From: an uncultured Ruminococcus sp. | GTDB taxonomy: Bacteria > Bacillota > Clostridia > Oscillospirales > CAG-272 | Reading direction: 5' to 3' | Assembly (NCBI GenBank): GCA_964441695.1 | Contig: CAYYKO010000001.1 | Coordinates: forward strand, 26,781 to 90,780 | DNA length: 64,000 bases | Part shown: piece after piece, positions 36,895 to 47,900 of the stretch | Layout: the number at the start of each line of letters is the position of its first letter | Numbering within the stretch: the first letter of the stretch is position 1 | Notes under the pieces: generated by a model | What the model was told of the DNA's origin: nothing | Database searches by the model: none | What the model saw: the letters and a program-made list of their open reading frames with translations, nothing else | Made by a program: the position numbers and the translations under genes

Positions 36895-37953
36895 ATGCTG
36901 TCATATTGGGATACGCTGAGGGACGAGAAACGCCCTGTCGTGCTCTACGGCACGGGCAACGGCGCGGATAAAATACTTGACGCATGCCGTCTCAGAGACA
37001 TTGAAATTGCGGGCGTTTTCGCCTCGGACGGCTTTGTCCGCGACCGAAGCTTTCGCGAAATGCGCGTGCTTTCACACAGCGAGATACGCGAGCGCTTCGG
37101 CGACGACATCGTGGTGCTCCCCGCCTTCGGCACGACGCGCGACGACGTGATCGAGAATTTCGAGCGACTTAACACGCTTCATGAGCTTATAATACCCGAG
37201 GTGCCGCTTTACGGCGGTGATATATACGACGAGGCAAAGCTCGAGAGTGTCCGTGACGGGCTCGACGAGCTCTATCGGAGGCTTGCGGACGACATATCGC
37301 GAGATATCCTCCGCGATGCGGTAATGTTCCGCATGACAGGGCGCCTTGAGTATCTAAATCGCTGTGAGCCGGTCGCCCGCTCGCTTGCGTCAATGCCGTT
37401 TGCACAGAGAATCGAGAGCTGCCTTGACGGCGGCGCCTTTCGCGGAGACAGCGCGCAGGACATGCTCGCGGCATTTCCGAATGTGCGGCGAATCACGGCG
37501 GCGGAGCCCGACCCCTCCACCTTCAAAAGGCTTGAGAGCTTTGCACAGCAGACAGACGGAGTTGTCGTGCCGGTGAATGTCGCGCTCGGCAATTTTGTCG
37601 GCGAGAGCGACTGCGTGTCCTCGGGAAGCCGCGGCAGCGGCATTGTCGGACGCAACCGCCGCGCGAGGAAGACTGTCGTAAGGTGCGACACGGTCGACAG
37701 GCTGTGCCGAGACATGAAGCTCGATTTCCTGAAGCTCGATGTCGAGGGCTTTGAGGAGGAGGCGCTTCTCGGAGCACGCGAGACCGTGCGACGCGACAGG
37801 TGCGCCATGGCGGTCTCGCTTTATCACAAGAGCGACGATATTGTAACGCTTCCGCGCCTTGTGCGCGAAATGCTCGGCGAGTGCCGAATGTATCTGCGCC
37901 GCCCGCGCTGCATTCCGATGTGGGATTTGACGCTGTATGTGGAGCCGATATGA
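36895..37953 (+). CDS. FkbM-family methyltransferase
   Basis: The C-terminal half (CLDGGAFRGDSA..., IDFLKLDVEGFEEEAL) matches the FkbM SAM-methyltransferase pattern. Confidence 0.65.
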   Translation: MLSYWDTLRDEKRPVVLYGTGNGADKILDACRLRDIEIAGVFASDGFVRDRSFREMRVLSHSEIRERFGDDIVVLPAFGTTRDDVIENFERLNTLHELIIPEVPLYGGDIYDEAKLESVRDGLDELYRRLADDISRDILRDAVMFRMTGRLEYLNRCEPVARSLASMPFAQRIESCLDGGAFRGDSAQDMLAAFPNVRRITAAEPDPSTFKRLESFAQQTDGVVVPVNVALGNFVGESDCVSSGSRGSGIVGRNRRARKTVVRCDTVDRLCRDMKLDFLKLDVEGFEEEALLGARETVRRDRCAMAVSLYHKSDDIVTLPRLVREMLGECRMYLRRPRCIPMWDLTLYVEPI

Positions 37954-37983
37954 TTACACATTTGTTAAAGCTGTGTTTACACA

Positions 37984-38012
37984 CTTGAAATGCGACGCAA
38001 AATGTGGTAAAA
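37984..38012 (+). promoter_or_regulatory. sigma-A-type promoter
   Basis: TTGAAA (37984-37989), 17 nt spacer, TAAAAT (38007-38012). Confidence 0.5.
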
Positions 38013-38058
38013 TAGTAAAAAACCGATACGACGACAGGTCGTTACATGGAGCTGTACA

Positions 38059-38472
38059 ATGACTTCACTTAAAAAGATATTTACGCTCGGCTGTGTTATA
38101 AACACACTGCTTATGACCGGCTTTTACATGCTTGCGGCATTTCTTCCGGGACTCGGTCTCGTGCCGAGCCTTTCGACAATGCTGACCGTGCTTGCGCTTT
38201 CCTTCGTAGTTGCAGCGGCGGAGGGCATACTGCACGCGGGCTTTTCACCTGCGGGACGAGTCGCGCTGCACTATGTGCTCTGCTGCGGAAGCTTTCTTGC
38301 CTTTTATATTATCGCGAACGGCTCGCGTGTGCGCGCGGCGCAGATAATCATCGCGGCAGTGTTCGCAAGCTTTATCTACGCTGTGCTCGGCGGCGTTCGC
38401 CTGGCGCTTCACTCGCGCGCCGCAAAGCGCGAAAACGAGAGCCTTGAGTACACACCGTCCTTCAAGAGATAA
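38059..38472 (+). CDS. hypothetical 4-TM membrane protein
   Basis: 137 aa and strongly hydrophobic. No motif recognised. Confidence 0.5.
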   Translation: MTSLKKIFTLGCVINTLLMTGFYMLAAFLPGLGLVPSLSTMLTVLALSFVVAAAEGILHAGFSPAGRVALHYVLCCGSFLAFYIIANGSRVRAAQIIIAAVFASFIYAVLGGVRLALHSRAAKRENESLEYTPSFKR

Positions 38473-38480
38473 AAAAGCTA

Positions 38481-38509
38481 TTTACAAATCGCGCATAATA
38501 AGGTACAAT
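38481..38509 (+). promoter_or_regulatory. sigma-A-type promoter for the pyrH-frr cluster
   Basis: TTTACA (38481-38486), 17 nt spacer, TACAAT (38504-38509). Confidence 0.5.
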
Positions 38510-38553
38510 ATAAAGTGAATGATAATGCTCGTTTCGATAAGAACGGAGGATTT

Positions 38554-39306
38554 ATGGCAGATATCAAGTATAAGAGAGCCTTTTTGAAGCTTTCGGGCGA
38601 GGCTCTGGCAAAAAAAGACAGCGAAACCGGAGAAATACGCGAGATATTCGATACCGAGGTGCTCGACGAGCTCGCATCGGTCATTAAGGAGTGCTCCGAA
38701 ATGGGAGTCGGCTTCGGAATCATGATCGGAGCCGGCAACATCTGGCGCGGTAAGCTCGGTCAGGGCGTTAACCGCGCGAAGGCAGATCACATGGGAATGC
38801 TCGCAACGGCTATAAACTGCCTGCGCTTCCAGGACGCGCTGCAAAAGAGCGGCGTTGACGCGGTGGTCATGTCGGCAGTCCCCATGAACAGCTTCGCGGA
38901 GCCGTTCAATTATGAGCGCGCCATCGAATATATGGACAGCGGCAGACCTGTGGTGTTTGCATGCGGCGCGGGAATACCGTACATTTCGACGGATACGGCG
39001 GGAGTCGTTCGCGCACGCGAGATATGCGCGGATGTTATGCTCATGGCGAAGAACATAGACGGCGTGTATTCGGCAGACCCCGCAAAGGATCCGACGGCTG
39101 TTCGCTACAAGACGATAACCTACGACGAGTGCATCAGACACGATATCCGTGCTCTCGACCCCTCTGCTTTCGCAATAGCGGCAGAGAGCGGCATTGACAT
39201 TATCGCCTTCTCGCTCAAGCAGTTCAGCGCGATAAAGGACGCGGTCACGGGCGTGCCCGTCGGAACTCTCGTCACCTCGGACGACGTCGAGTGCGAGACG
39301 TATTAA
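38554..39306 (+). CDS. pyrH: UMP kinase
   Basis: YKRAFLKLSGEAL, GAGNIWRG, and ATG 38554 following GGAGG. Confidence 0.92.
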   Translation: MADIKYKRAFLKLSGEALAKKDSETGEIREIFDTEVLDELASVIKECSEMGVGFGIMIGAGNIWRGKLGQGVNRAKADHMGMLATAINCLRFQDALQKSGVDAVVMSAVPMNSFAEPFNYERAIEYMDSGRPVVFACGAGIPYISTDTAGVVRAREICADVMLMAKNIDGVYSADPAKDPTAVRYKTITYDECIRHDIRALDPSAFAIAAESGIDIIAFSLKQFSAIKDAVTGVPVGTLVTSDDVECETY

Positions 39307-39353
39307 AGCTACAAATCAATAATTGACCCCACGGTCATACGGAGGTATATTTT

Positions 39354-39908
39354 ATGAAGCTCGATACAAAGGATTTTGAAAGAAAAATGAAAAAGTCGAT
39401 CGATGTGTATGAGGAGTCCCTCAATACCATCAGAGTCGGCAGAGCAAGCGCTGCCGTGCTTGCCGGAGTAAGCGTTGACTATTACGGCATGGATACACCC
39501 ATCAACCAGATGGCGGAGATCAAGGTAAGCGACGCCAAGACGCTCGTTATCATGCCCTGGGACGCATCCACTCTCAAGAACATCGAGAAGGCGATTCTCG
39601 CATCCGATGTCGGAATCACACCTCAGAACGACGGAAAGACACTCAGACTTTCCTTCCCGCCGCTTACCGAGGAGCGCCGCCGCGAGCTCAAGAAGAAGGT
39701 ATCCGGAATGGGCGAGGACGCAAAGGTCGCCATCCGTAACATCCGCCGCGAGGGAGTTGACCGCGCCAAGGAAATGAAGAAGGCGGGAGAGATGACCGAG
39801 GACGAGCAGAAGCAGTCCGAAAAGCTTGTTCAGGACCTCACCGACAAGTTTGTCAAGGCAATTGACAAGATCACCGCAGATAAAGAAAAAGAGATCATGG
39901 AGATCTAA
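39354..39908 (+). CDS. frr: ribosome recycling factor
   Basis: 184 aa with LNTIRVGRASAAVL, LRLSFPPLTEERRREL and IRNIRREG. Confidence 0.93.
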   Translation: MKLDTKDFERKMKKSIDVYEESLNTIRVGRASAAVLAGVSVDYYGMDTPINQMAEIKVSDAKTLVIMPWDASTLKNIEKAILASDVGITPQNDGKTLRLSFPPLTEERRRELKKKVSGMGEDAKVAIRNIRREGVDRAKEMKKAGEMTEDEQKQSEKLVQDLTDKFVKAIDKITADKEKEIMEI

Positions 39909-39955
39909 GCTCAACGGAGATATGCGTCCGGCTCGCATAAAACGGGTCGGGCGCA

Positions 39956-40693
39956 ATGATTGTTTATATGTTTGGTAAAAGAAAAGCAGCACATGATATG
40001 AATTCCGTTGTCGCAGAGTCCGCACTGGAGCATATTGCTTTTATCATGGACGGCAACGGCAGATGGGCGACGCGCCGTTCGCTTCCCCGCGAGGCGGGGC
40101 ACAGCGCGGGAGCGAAGAATTTCAAGACCGTGGTGAGATACTGCAAGAAGATAGGTATCCGCTATGTCACCGTTTACGCCTTCTCAACGGAAAACTGGAA
40201 GCGTCCGAAGCACGAGGTGGACGCTATAATGAGCCTTCTCGACTCGTATATGGTCGAGGCTCGCGAGGAAAACGATGTCGAGTACCGCTTTATCGGCACA
40301 AGGGACGGCATGCCCGCCGAGCTTGTCGAAAAGATGGACAGCCTTGAGGCGTTCACGCGCGGTCGCGAGTACAGACTGAACATTGCAATGAATTACGGCG
40401 GGCGCGCCGAGATCGTAAATGCCGTGCGGCGTGCAGCTGCCGACGGCGTCGAAAGCATTACCGAGGAGGATATCTCCTCGCGCCTTTATACCTGCGACTG
40501 CCCGGAGCCGGACCTTATAGTTCGCACGGGCGGAGAATACAGAATATCGAACTTCCTTATGTGGCAGTCTGCGTACTCCGAGCTTTATTTTTCGGATAAG
40601 CTGTGGCCCGCATACACAACAGACGATGTCAACGAGGCTGTCATCGCTTTTTCAAAGAGAAAAAGACGCTTCGGCGGTCTTGACAAAAAATAA
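39956..40693 (+). CDS. uppS: undecaprenyl-diphosphate synthase (cis-prenyltransferase)
   Basis: HIAFIMDGNGRWA, FSTENWKRP and IRTGGEYRISNFLMWQSAYSELYF. The exact start is uncertain. Confidence 0.9.
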   Translation: MIVYMFGKRKAAHDMNSVVAESALEHIAFIMDGNGRWATRRSLPREAGHSAGAKNFKTVVRYCKKIGIRYVTVYAFSTENWKRPKHEVDAIMSLLDSYMVEAREENDVEYRFIGTRDGMPAELVEKMDSLEAFTRGREYRLNIAMNYGGRAEIVNAVRRAAADGVESITEEDISSRLYTCDCPEPDLIVRTGGEYRISNFLMWQSAYSELYFSDKLWPAYTTDDVNEAVIAFSKRKRRFGGLDKK

Positions 40694-40726
40694 ATTCACG
40701 CATCCTAAGTGAAAGGATACTCAAAA

Positions 40727-41557
40727 ATGCTTACAAGAATAATAACCGCAGTCGTTGCGGTGGCGCTTTTTGTGCCTGTGCTCATTTTCTCCGATACCAT
40801 GGTCTTTCCCGCGGTGATCGCTCTGCTTGCGCTCGTCGGCACCGTCGAGATGCTTCGCTGTGTCGGAAATCGTAAGAGGGCTGTGTGCATTACGGCTGCT
40901 GCTGTTGCCGTTGCCGCGCCCGTTGTCGCAAGAATCGTCGGCGACCTGCCCGTCTTCGTTACCGCCTTTGCGGCTGCGGAATTTGCATTCCTGCTGCTCG
41001 TCTTCGCGCTTTCCGTTTTTTCTCACGGAAGGTACGACATCGTCGCGGCGTGTGCGGACTTTGCTCTCGTTTCCTATGTCGTTATGACCTTCACGTCGAT
41101 AGTGCTCCTTCGCGATACCGCTGTCGGCGCGAGACTTTATCTGCTTGCCTTCATCGGACCGTGGGTCAGCGACTCCGCGGCATATTTCTGCGGACGCGCG
41201 CTCGGTAAGCACAAGCTAATTCCCGACGTCAGCCCGAAGAAAACCGTCGAGGGCTCGCTCGGAGGAGTCGTGTTCACGGCGGCGGTATTCGTGCTTTACG
41301 GTGCGTTTGTTTTGAAGCCCGAGAGAGGTCTTGGCAGCTATGCGGCACTTGCGATCATCGGAATTGCAGTGTCCGCAATATCTCAGATCGGCGACCTTAT
41401 CGCGTCGCTTATCAAGCGCAAGTACGGCATCAAGGATTACGGCAAGCTCTTTCCGGGGCACGGCGGCGTAATGGATCGCTTCGACAGCGTGCTCGCAACG
41501 GCACCCGTTATGCTTATCGCAGCGGTCATGGGCGAGTACTTCGGACTTTTTGTCTGA
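40727..41557 (+). CDS. cdsA: phosphatidate cytidylyltransferase
   Basis: Polytopic membrane protein with the C-terminal CDS signature SLIKRKYGIKDYGKLFPGHGGVMDRFDS. Confidence 0.9.
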   Translation: MLTRIITAVVAVALFVPVLIFSDTMVFPAVIALLALVGTVEMLRCVGNRKRAVCITAAAVAVAAPVVARIVGDLPVFVTAFAAAEFAFLLLVFALSVFSHGRYDIVAACADFALVSYVVMTFTSIVLLRDTAVGARLYLLAFIGPWVSDSAAYFCGRALGKHKLIPDVSPKKTVEGSLGGVVFTAAVFVLYGAFVLKPERGLGSYAALAIIGIAVSAISQIGDLIASLIKRKYGIKDYGKLFPGHGGVMDRFDSVLATAPVMLIAAVMGEYFGLFV

Positions 41558-41583
41558 GAGGCGTCTGAACCGGTACCGTGAAT

Positions 41584-42747
41584 ATGAAAAAAATTAAAAT
41601 ATCCGTCCTCGGAAGCACGGGCTCTGTCGGAACTCAGGCGCTCGACGTGGCGCGCGAGCTCGGCGTCGGCGTAACGCTGCTTTCAGCCGGACGAAATGTC
41701 GAGCTTCTTGCCCGTCAGGCAGAGGAGCTTTCACCTTCGCTGCTCAGCGTCGCCGACGCCGAGAGCGCACGCCGTCTGCATGCGTTGACAGGCGGAAAAT
41801 ATGAAATAATCTACGGCGCGGACAGCCTTGCCGAGTATCTTCGCAGCTGCCGCGACGACGCAGTCATCCATTCGATAGCGGGACTTGAGGGCACGCGCGC
41901 GGCGCTTGCCGCCGCAGAAGCCGGAGTTCGCCTGGCAATGGCGAATAAGGAGGCGATCATCGCGGCGGGAGGACTTATTTACGAGCGTCTTGAGCGCTCG
42001 GGCGGCGAGCTTATTCCCGTGGACAGCGAGCACAGCGCGATATTCCAGTGTCTTTCGACAGCAGCCGGCAGAGCGAGGGGCGAAAGCGTTAAAAGAGTAC
42101 TTCTCACGGCGTCCGGCGGACCGTTCTTCGGAATGACCCGCGAGGAAATGGCAGATGTTACGCCCGAGCGTGCGTTGGCTCATCCGACGTGGAGTATGGG
42201 ACCGAAGATAACCGTCGATTCCGCGACACTGATGAACAAGGGCTTCGAGGTGATCGAGGCGGTGCGCCTTTTCGGCGTTCGCCCGGAGCAGGTCGAGGTT
42301 CTCGTACACAGACAGAGCATAATCCACTCCATGGTGGAGTATATTGATAACAGCGTTATAGCGCAGCTTGCGGCGCCCGACATGCGCTCCTGCATTCGCT
42401 ATGCACTGTCGTACCCCGAGCGCGCAGAGGCATCACACGGTCAGCTCGACTTCAAGACGCTTGGTGCGCTGACCTTTGACGCCCCCGACCTTGAGGCGTT
42501 TCCGCTGCTCTCTCTCGCGTATGACGCAATACGCACCGACGGCACGGCGCCGACGGCACTTATCGCCGCGGACGAGGCGGCGGTTGACGCCTTCTTCAAG
42601 CACCTCATCGGCTTTGGCGATATTTACAGGATCGTCAGCGAAACGCTCGAGCGCACCGAGGTGTGTCCCGTGCGCTCAGACGAGGACGTGTACATTGCCG
42701 CCGAAAAGGCGCGCCGAACAGCCGAGAAGCTGATAGCTTCTATTTAA
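41584..42747 (+). CDS. dxr: 1-deoxy-D-xylulose-5-phosphate reductoisomerase
   Basis: ISVLGSTGSVGTQALDV, LANKEA, PVDSEHSAIFQC and HPTWSMGPKITVDSATLMNKG. Confidence 0.93.
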   Translation: MKKIKISVLGSTGSVGTQALDVARELGVGVTLLSAGRNVELLARQAEELSPSLLSVADAESARRLHALTGGKYEIIYGADSLAEYLRSCRDDAVIHSIAGLEGTRAALAAAEAGVRLAMANKEAIIAAGGLIYERLERSGGELIPVDSEHSAIFQCLSTAAGRARGESVKRVLLTASGGPFFGMTREEMADVTPERALAHPTWSMGPKITVDSATLMNKGFEVIEAVRLFGVRPEQVEVLVHRQSIIHSMVEYIDNSVIAQLAAPDMRSCIRYALSYPERAEASHGQLDFKTLGALTFDAPDLEAFPLLSLAYDAIRTDGTAPTALIAADEAAVDAFFKHLIGFGDIYRIVSETLERTEVCPVRSDEDVYIAAEKARRTAEKLIASI

Positions 42748-42765
42748 CACAAACGGAGGGATCAC

Positions 42766-43806
42766 GTGAGCATTCTTTATATACTGCTTGCCGTTTTGAT
42801 ATTCGGTCTGCTTATCTTCATACACGAAATGGGGCATTACCTTTTCGCCCGGCTTTTCGGAGTGAGGATATTCGAGTTTTCCATCGGAATGGGTCCGAAG
42901 CTGCTGTCGAGAACATCGAAGAAGACGGGAATTATGTATTCCTGGCGCGCGATCCCCTTCGGCGGGTACCTGTCGATGGCGGGAGAGGACGACGAGTCCG
43001 ACGACGAAAACGCATATTGCAAAAAGCCCGTCCTTCAGCGGATAATCATAACAGCTGCGGGCGCGCTTGTCAACATTATCGTCGGAATGCTTGTGCTGTC
43101 CCTGCTTGTCGTCAGCTCCGACAGGCTTTACTCGACAAAAATCGCTGCTTTTGACCCCTCGGTCAGCGAGGAATTTTCCTCCGAGGCGCAGGGACTTGCC
43201 GTCGGCGACACGGTAACTCACATCAACGGCACACGCGTGTTTACCGCAAACGACCTACAGTACGAGCTCATGCGTGCGGCTGTAAAGCCCGTTGACATCA
43301 CGCTGAGGCGAGACGGCGAGACAATAACACTTGAGGACGTGACCTTCGGAACCTTTACGGAGCAGGGAAGCGACTTCGGCGACCCCGACTTTTACGTTTC
43401 CGAGGAGGAAAAAAGCTTTTCCGCTACCGCGCGTCACGTCTTTGCACGCTCGTATTCCTCGGTGAAGATGGTGTATGACACAGTTTTTGACCTTGTGACG
43501 GGAAGATACGGCGTTCAGGCTGTGTCGGGACCGGTCGGAATTACAGAAACGCTCGGCGAGGCGGCGCAGGCGGGAATCGCGAATTTCGTGTACCTTGCGG
43601 CGTTCATCAGCATTAATGTCGGCGTAATGAATCTGCTTCCGCTTCCCGCGCTTGACGGAGGAAGGCTCGTCTTCCACATAATCGAGCTTATAATCCGCCG
43701 TCCCGTGCCGAGGAAGCTCGAGGCGGCGATACACAGCGTCGGACTGCTTGCGCTGCTCGCGCTGCTTGCCGCCGTGACACTGAAGGATATTATTGCACTG
43801 TTTTAG
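42766..43806 (+). CDS. rseP: site-2 (RIP) zinc metalloprotease RseP/YluC
   Basis: HEMGHY in the first TM, a central PDZ-like region and NLLPLPALDGG. GTG start follows GGAGGG. The stop is TAG followed directly by TAA. Confidence 0.9.
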   Translation: MSILYILLAVLIFGLLIFIHEMGHYLFARLFGVRIFEFSIGMGPKLLSRTSKKTGIMYSWRAIPFGGYLSMAGEDDESDDENAYCKKPVLQRIIITAAGALVNIIVGMLVLSLLVVSSDRLYSTKIAAFDPSVSEEFSSEAQGLAVGDTVTHINGTRVFTANDLQYELMRAAVKPVDITLRRDGETITLEDVTFGTFTEQGSDFGDPDFYVSEEEKSFSATARHVFARSYSSVKMVYDTVFDLVTGRYGVQAVSGPVGITETLGEAAQAGIANFVYLAAFISINVGVMNLLPLPALDGGRLVFHIIELIIRRPVPRKLEAAIHSVGLLALLALLAAVTLKDIIALF

Positions 43807-43844
43807 TAAAGAGCTGCCGCAAAAACGGCAAAGGAGTGCTTGAC

Positions 43845-44918
43845 ATGGAAAGAAGAAAAACACGTGAGCTTAAGGTGGGAGGTATTGCCGTCGGCGGCAC
43901 ATCTCCCATATCCGTGCAGTCAATGACCAATGCTCCCGCAGAGGATTTCGCGGGAACGGTCGCGCAGCTGAAGGCGCTTGAGGCAGCGGGCTGCGACATT
44001 GCACGCATAGCCGTGCCGAATACGGAATGCGCCGCGGTTTTCGAGTACGCGAGGGAAAACGGCGTTCGCCTTCCGCTCGTGGCGGACATCCACTTTGATT
44101 ATAAGATAGCGCTCGAGGCAGTGCGCCGCGGCGCGTCGAAAATACGCATCAATCCCGGCAATATCGGTGCCGAGTGGAAGATACGCGAGGTCGCAGCCGC
44201 ATGCCGCGACGCGGGACTTCCGATAAGGATCGGCGTGAACGGCGGAAGCCTCGAAAAAAGCCTGCTTGAGAAGTACGGCTCGCCGACAGCACGGGCAATT
44301 GCCGAATCAGCGCTCGGACAGGCAGAGCTGCTTGAGGCGGCAGGCTTTTCCGATATTGTGATATCGATTAAATCTTCAAATGTCGAAAAGATGATAGACG
44401 CCTGCGAGCGAGTCGCGGCGGCAAGTGATTATCCGCTCCACCTCGGCGTAACCGAGGCGGGAGACGCCTACAGCGGTCTTGTGAAGAACGCTGTCGGTAT
44501 GGGCGCGCTGCTTACACGCGGTATAGGCGACACGCTTCGCGTTTCACTCAGCGCGGATGTGACACAGGAGGTTCGCGCCGGACGCGAAATACTCAAGGCT
44601 GTCGGTCGCTGGGAGCGCGGCGGAGTGAATATTATTTCCTGCCCGACCTGCGGCAGAACAAAGATCGACATAATCGAGCTTGTCGCTGCGCTGAAGGCGG
44701 CGACGGAGAATATGGATACACACGGCAAGAGCGTAAACGTCGCAGTAATGGGCTGCGTCGTTAACGGGCCCGGGGAGGCGCGCGAGGCTGATTTCGGCAT
44801 TGCGGGCGGCGACGGCTTCGGGGTGCTCTTCCGCCGCGGTGTTCCCGAGGGACGCGTGGAGGAGGATAGGATAATCGAGGTCCTCCTTGAAAACATAAAC
44901 GAATTTATAAGGAACTGA
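43845..44918 (+). CDS. ispG: 4-hydroxy-3-methylbut-2-enyl diphosphate synthase
   Basis: VQSMTN, ADIHFDY, RINPGNIG and the Cys ligands SCPTCGRT...GCVVNGPGE. Confidence 0.93.
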   Translation: MERRKTRELKVGGIAVGGTSPISVQSMTNAPAEDFAGTVAQLKALEAAGCDIARIAVPNTECAAVFEYARENGVRLPLVADIHFDYKIALEAVRRGASKIRINPGNIGAEWKIREVAAACRDAGLPIRIGVNGGSLEKSLLEKYGSPTARAIAESALGQAELLEAAGFSDIVISIKSSNVEKMIDACERVAAASDYPLHLGVTEAGDAYSGLVKNAVGMGALLTRGIGDTLRVSLSADVTQEVRAGREILKAVGRWERGGVNIISCPTCGRTKIDIIELVAALKAATENMDTHGKSVNVAVMGCVVNGPGEAREADFGIAGGDGFGVLFRRGVPEGRVEEDRIIEVLLENINEFIRN

Positions 44919-44936
44919 TTGAATGTGAGGCAGACG

Positions 44937-47900
44937 ATGGGCGAGGCACGAAAGACCCTTTACGACCGCTTCGGCAGGTATGACCCGGTCGGAATACACC
45001 GCGTAATATACGATAAAGCAGTCGTCTCTTCGGTAAAGCTTGACCGCGAGAGGCGCATAGTTGAGCTTGCCGTTGAATTGCCGGAGCTTTTCGATAAGAC
45101 AGACATTTATTCTCTTGAGGAGGCACTGTGCGCGGCTTATGAGCTGCGCCTTGTGCGTATTTTGACAAAATATCCGAGCGAGTGCTTCGACATGTCGTAC
45201 CTTCCGCAGGTCATTCTCGAGGCGCGTCGCGTCGGCAGCGTTGTCAACGGCTTTTTCAGTCACATGAAGACCTCCTTGGACGGCGACAGTATACATATCG
45301 CGATACCGTTCTCGGCGGGAGCCATCGAGCTTCACGATATGGCGCACACCGCAGCTGTCATATCGAACATTATTGCAAGCGAGTTCGGACTCAGATTTAA
45401 TGTGAAAATAGAGCAGACGGAGGATGCCGACGCCAGATACGCCGAGCACGTCAGCCGACAGCTCGCCGAGCTCAACACACGCTCGCAGAGCATTGCCGCG
45501 GCTGAGGAAAGGCGAATGGCGTCCGCTGCCGCAGCTCAAAGCGGCGAGGCGGCACCCGTCGAGGAGACTGTGAAGCTTCCACGGGCATATTCGCTCTTTG
45601 AGGGCTCGGACACCGTTTCGCGCGATACCGATAACGAGAATATCATCATCTCCGGCAGAATGCGCTTTGACAGCTCGACGATCGAGGTGCTTTTGGGGCA
45701 TGATCCGTCGCTTGATGAGCTCATCCCGCTTCGCGCCGTAAAGAGCGTCGGACGCGGAGTCAGCATTATCGGAGAGGTCTTTGCCGTGACCGAAAAGGAG
45801 ACGCGCCGCGGCGATAAGCTCACCGTGACCGTCGGCATTACCGACCGCGACGCGTCGCTGTTTATAAAGTCAACGGTCGACCCCGAGGGCGCCGAGGAGC
45901 TGAAGTCGATGTTCGGCGTCGGAAAATCGGTGATAGTCAAGGGAAATATCAAGGCGGACAGCTTTGACGGCGAGCTGTTTATGCAGTACAGTGAGGTCGC
46001 GCAGATAGAGCGCGTGCTTCGCGAGGATAACGCCCCCGAAAAGCGCGTTGAGCTTCACGCGCATACCAATATGTCGGCAATGGACGCGCTGACAAAGCCC
46101 GATGAGCTTGTTAAAACAGCCGCGCGCTGGGGTCACGGGGCGGTAGCCGTGACAGACCACGGAAACCTGCAAAGCTTTCCGATAGCGATGCTCACCGCGG
46201 AAAAGCTCGGCGGCAAGGTCAAGGTGCTATACGGCGTTGAGGCATACTTTGTCGACGATACGCAAAGAGCCGCATACCGTGGGGAAGGGATCACCTTCGA
46301 CGACGAATTTGCGGTGTTCGATATCGAGACGACGGGTCTTTCCGCGGCGACCTGCGCTATTACGGAGATAGGCGCGGTCATCATCAAAAAGGGCGAGATA
46401 CTTGACCGCTTCAATACCTTCGTCAATCCCGGTGTGCCGATACCGGAGAAGATAACTCAGCTGACGGGAATTACCGACGAAATGGTCGCCGACGCACCCG
46501 ATATCTCCGAGGTGCTGCCGCGCTTTTTCGAGTTCTGCGGTGATCGGATGCTCGTCGCGCACAATGCCTCGTTCGATACGAGCTTCATAAGAGCAGCCGC
46601 CGAAAGGTGCGGACTGCCCTTCGTCAGTCCCTATCTAGACACGGTCGCCATGTCGCATTATGTAAACCCGACGGCGAAAAATCATAAGCTCGACACGCTC
46701 GCGCAGCTGTACGGGCTCGGCGACTTCAACCATCACCGCGCCTGTGACGACGCGGAGATGCTTGCGCTCATATTTGACAAGATGACATCACGCCTCAAGG
46801 AGGAGGGCATCTTAGACATTGACAGAATGAATTACGTGATGAGTGAGAGGGCAGACCCCTTGAAGCTCCGCACGTATCACCAGATAATACTCGTTAAGAA
46901 CAAGACAGGGCTTAAGAACCTGTACAAGCTCGTTTCCGATTCGTACCTCAAATATTATAAGCGTAATCCGCGCATACCGAAGACGCGACTTACCGAGCTT
47001 CGCGAGGGACTTATAATCGGCTCCGCCTGCGAGGCGGGTGAGCTTTTTCGAGCGATGCTCGACAACCGTCCCGAGGACGAGCTTATCGAGATGGCGTCTT
47101 TCTACGATTATCTTGAGATACAGCCGATATGCAACAACATGTTCCTTGTCGCCGAGGGTAAGGTCGCGGACGAGGAGGGACTTCGCGAGCTCAACCGACG
47201 CATTATAGACATCGGTAAAAAGGCGGGACGCCCTGTTGTCGCGACCTGCGACGCGCATTACCTCGACCCGGAGGACGAGATATACCGAAGGATACTCCTT
47301 GCGGGAATGAAGTTTAAGGACGCAGACCACGAAACAAAGCTTTATTACCGCACGACCGAGGAAATGCTCGCGGAATTCGAGTACCTCGGCGAGCAGACCG
47401 CCCGTGAGGTCGTAATAACGAATCCGAGACGTATTGCCGACATGATAGAGACCGTGCGTCCGATACCCGAGGGCAACTATCCGCCGCATATTGACGGCGC
47501 CGAGGAGGAGCTGACAGAAAAGTGCCACGCCCTCGCGCGCGAAATGTACGGAGACGTGCCGCCCGAGGAGGTAACGAGCCGCCTTGACCGCGAGCTTGAT
47601 TCGATAATCAAAAACGGCTTCGCCATCATGTACATAATTGCCCGAAAGCTTGTTGAAAACAGCGAGGCGAAGGGCTATCAGGTAGGCTCGCGAGGCTCTG
47701 TCGGCTCATCCTTTGCGGCAACGATGGCGGGAATTACAAAGGTAAATCCGCTGCCGCCGCACTACAGATGCCTCAAGTGTAAGTATTCGGATTTCCACGA
47801 CTTCAAGACGGAGCAGCCCGACGTTAAATCGGGCTTTGACCTGGCGCCGAAGAAGTGCCCCGTATGCGGAGAGGAGCTGTACCGCGACGGACACGACATC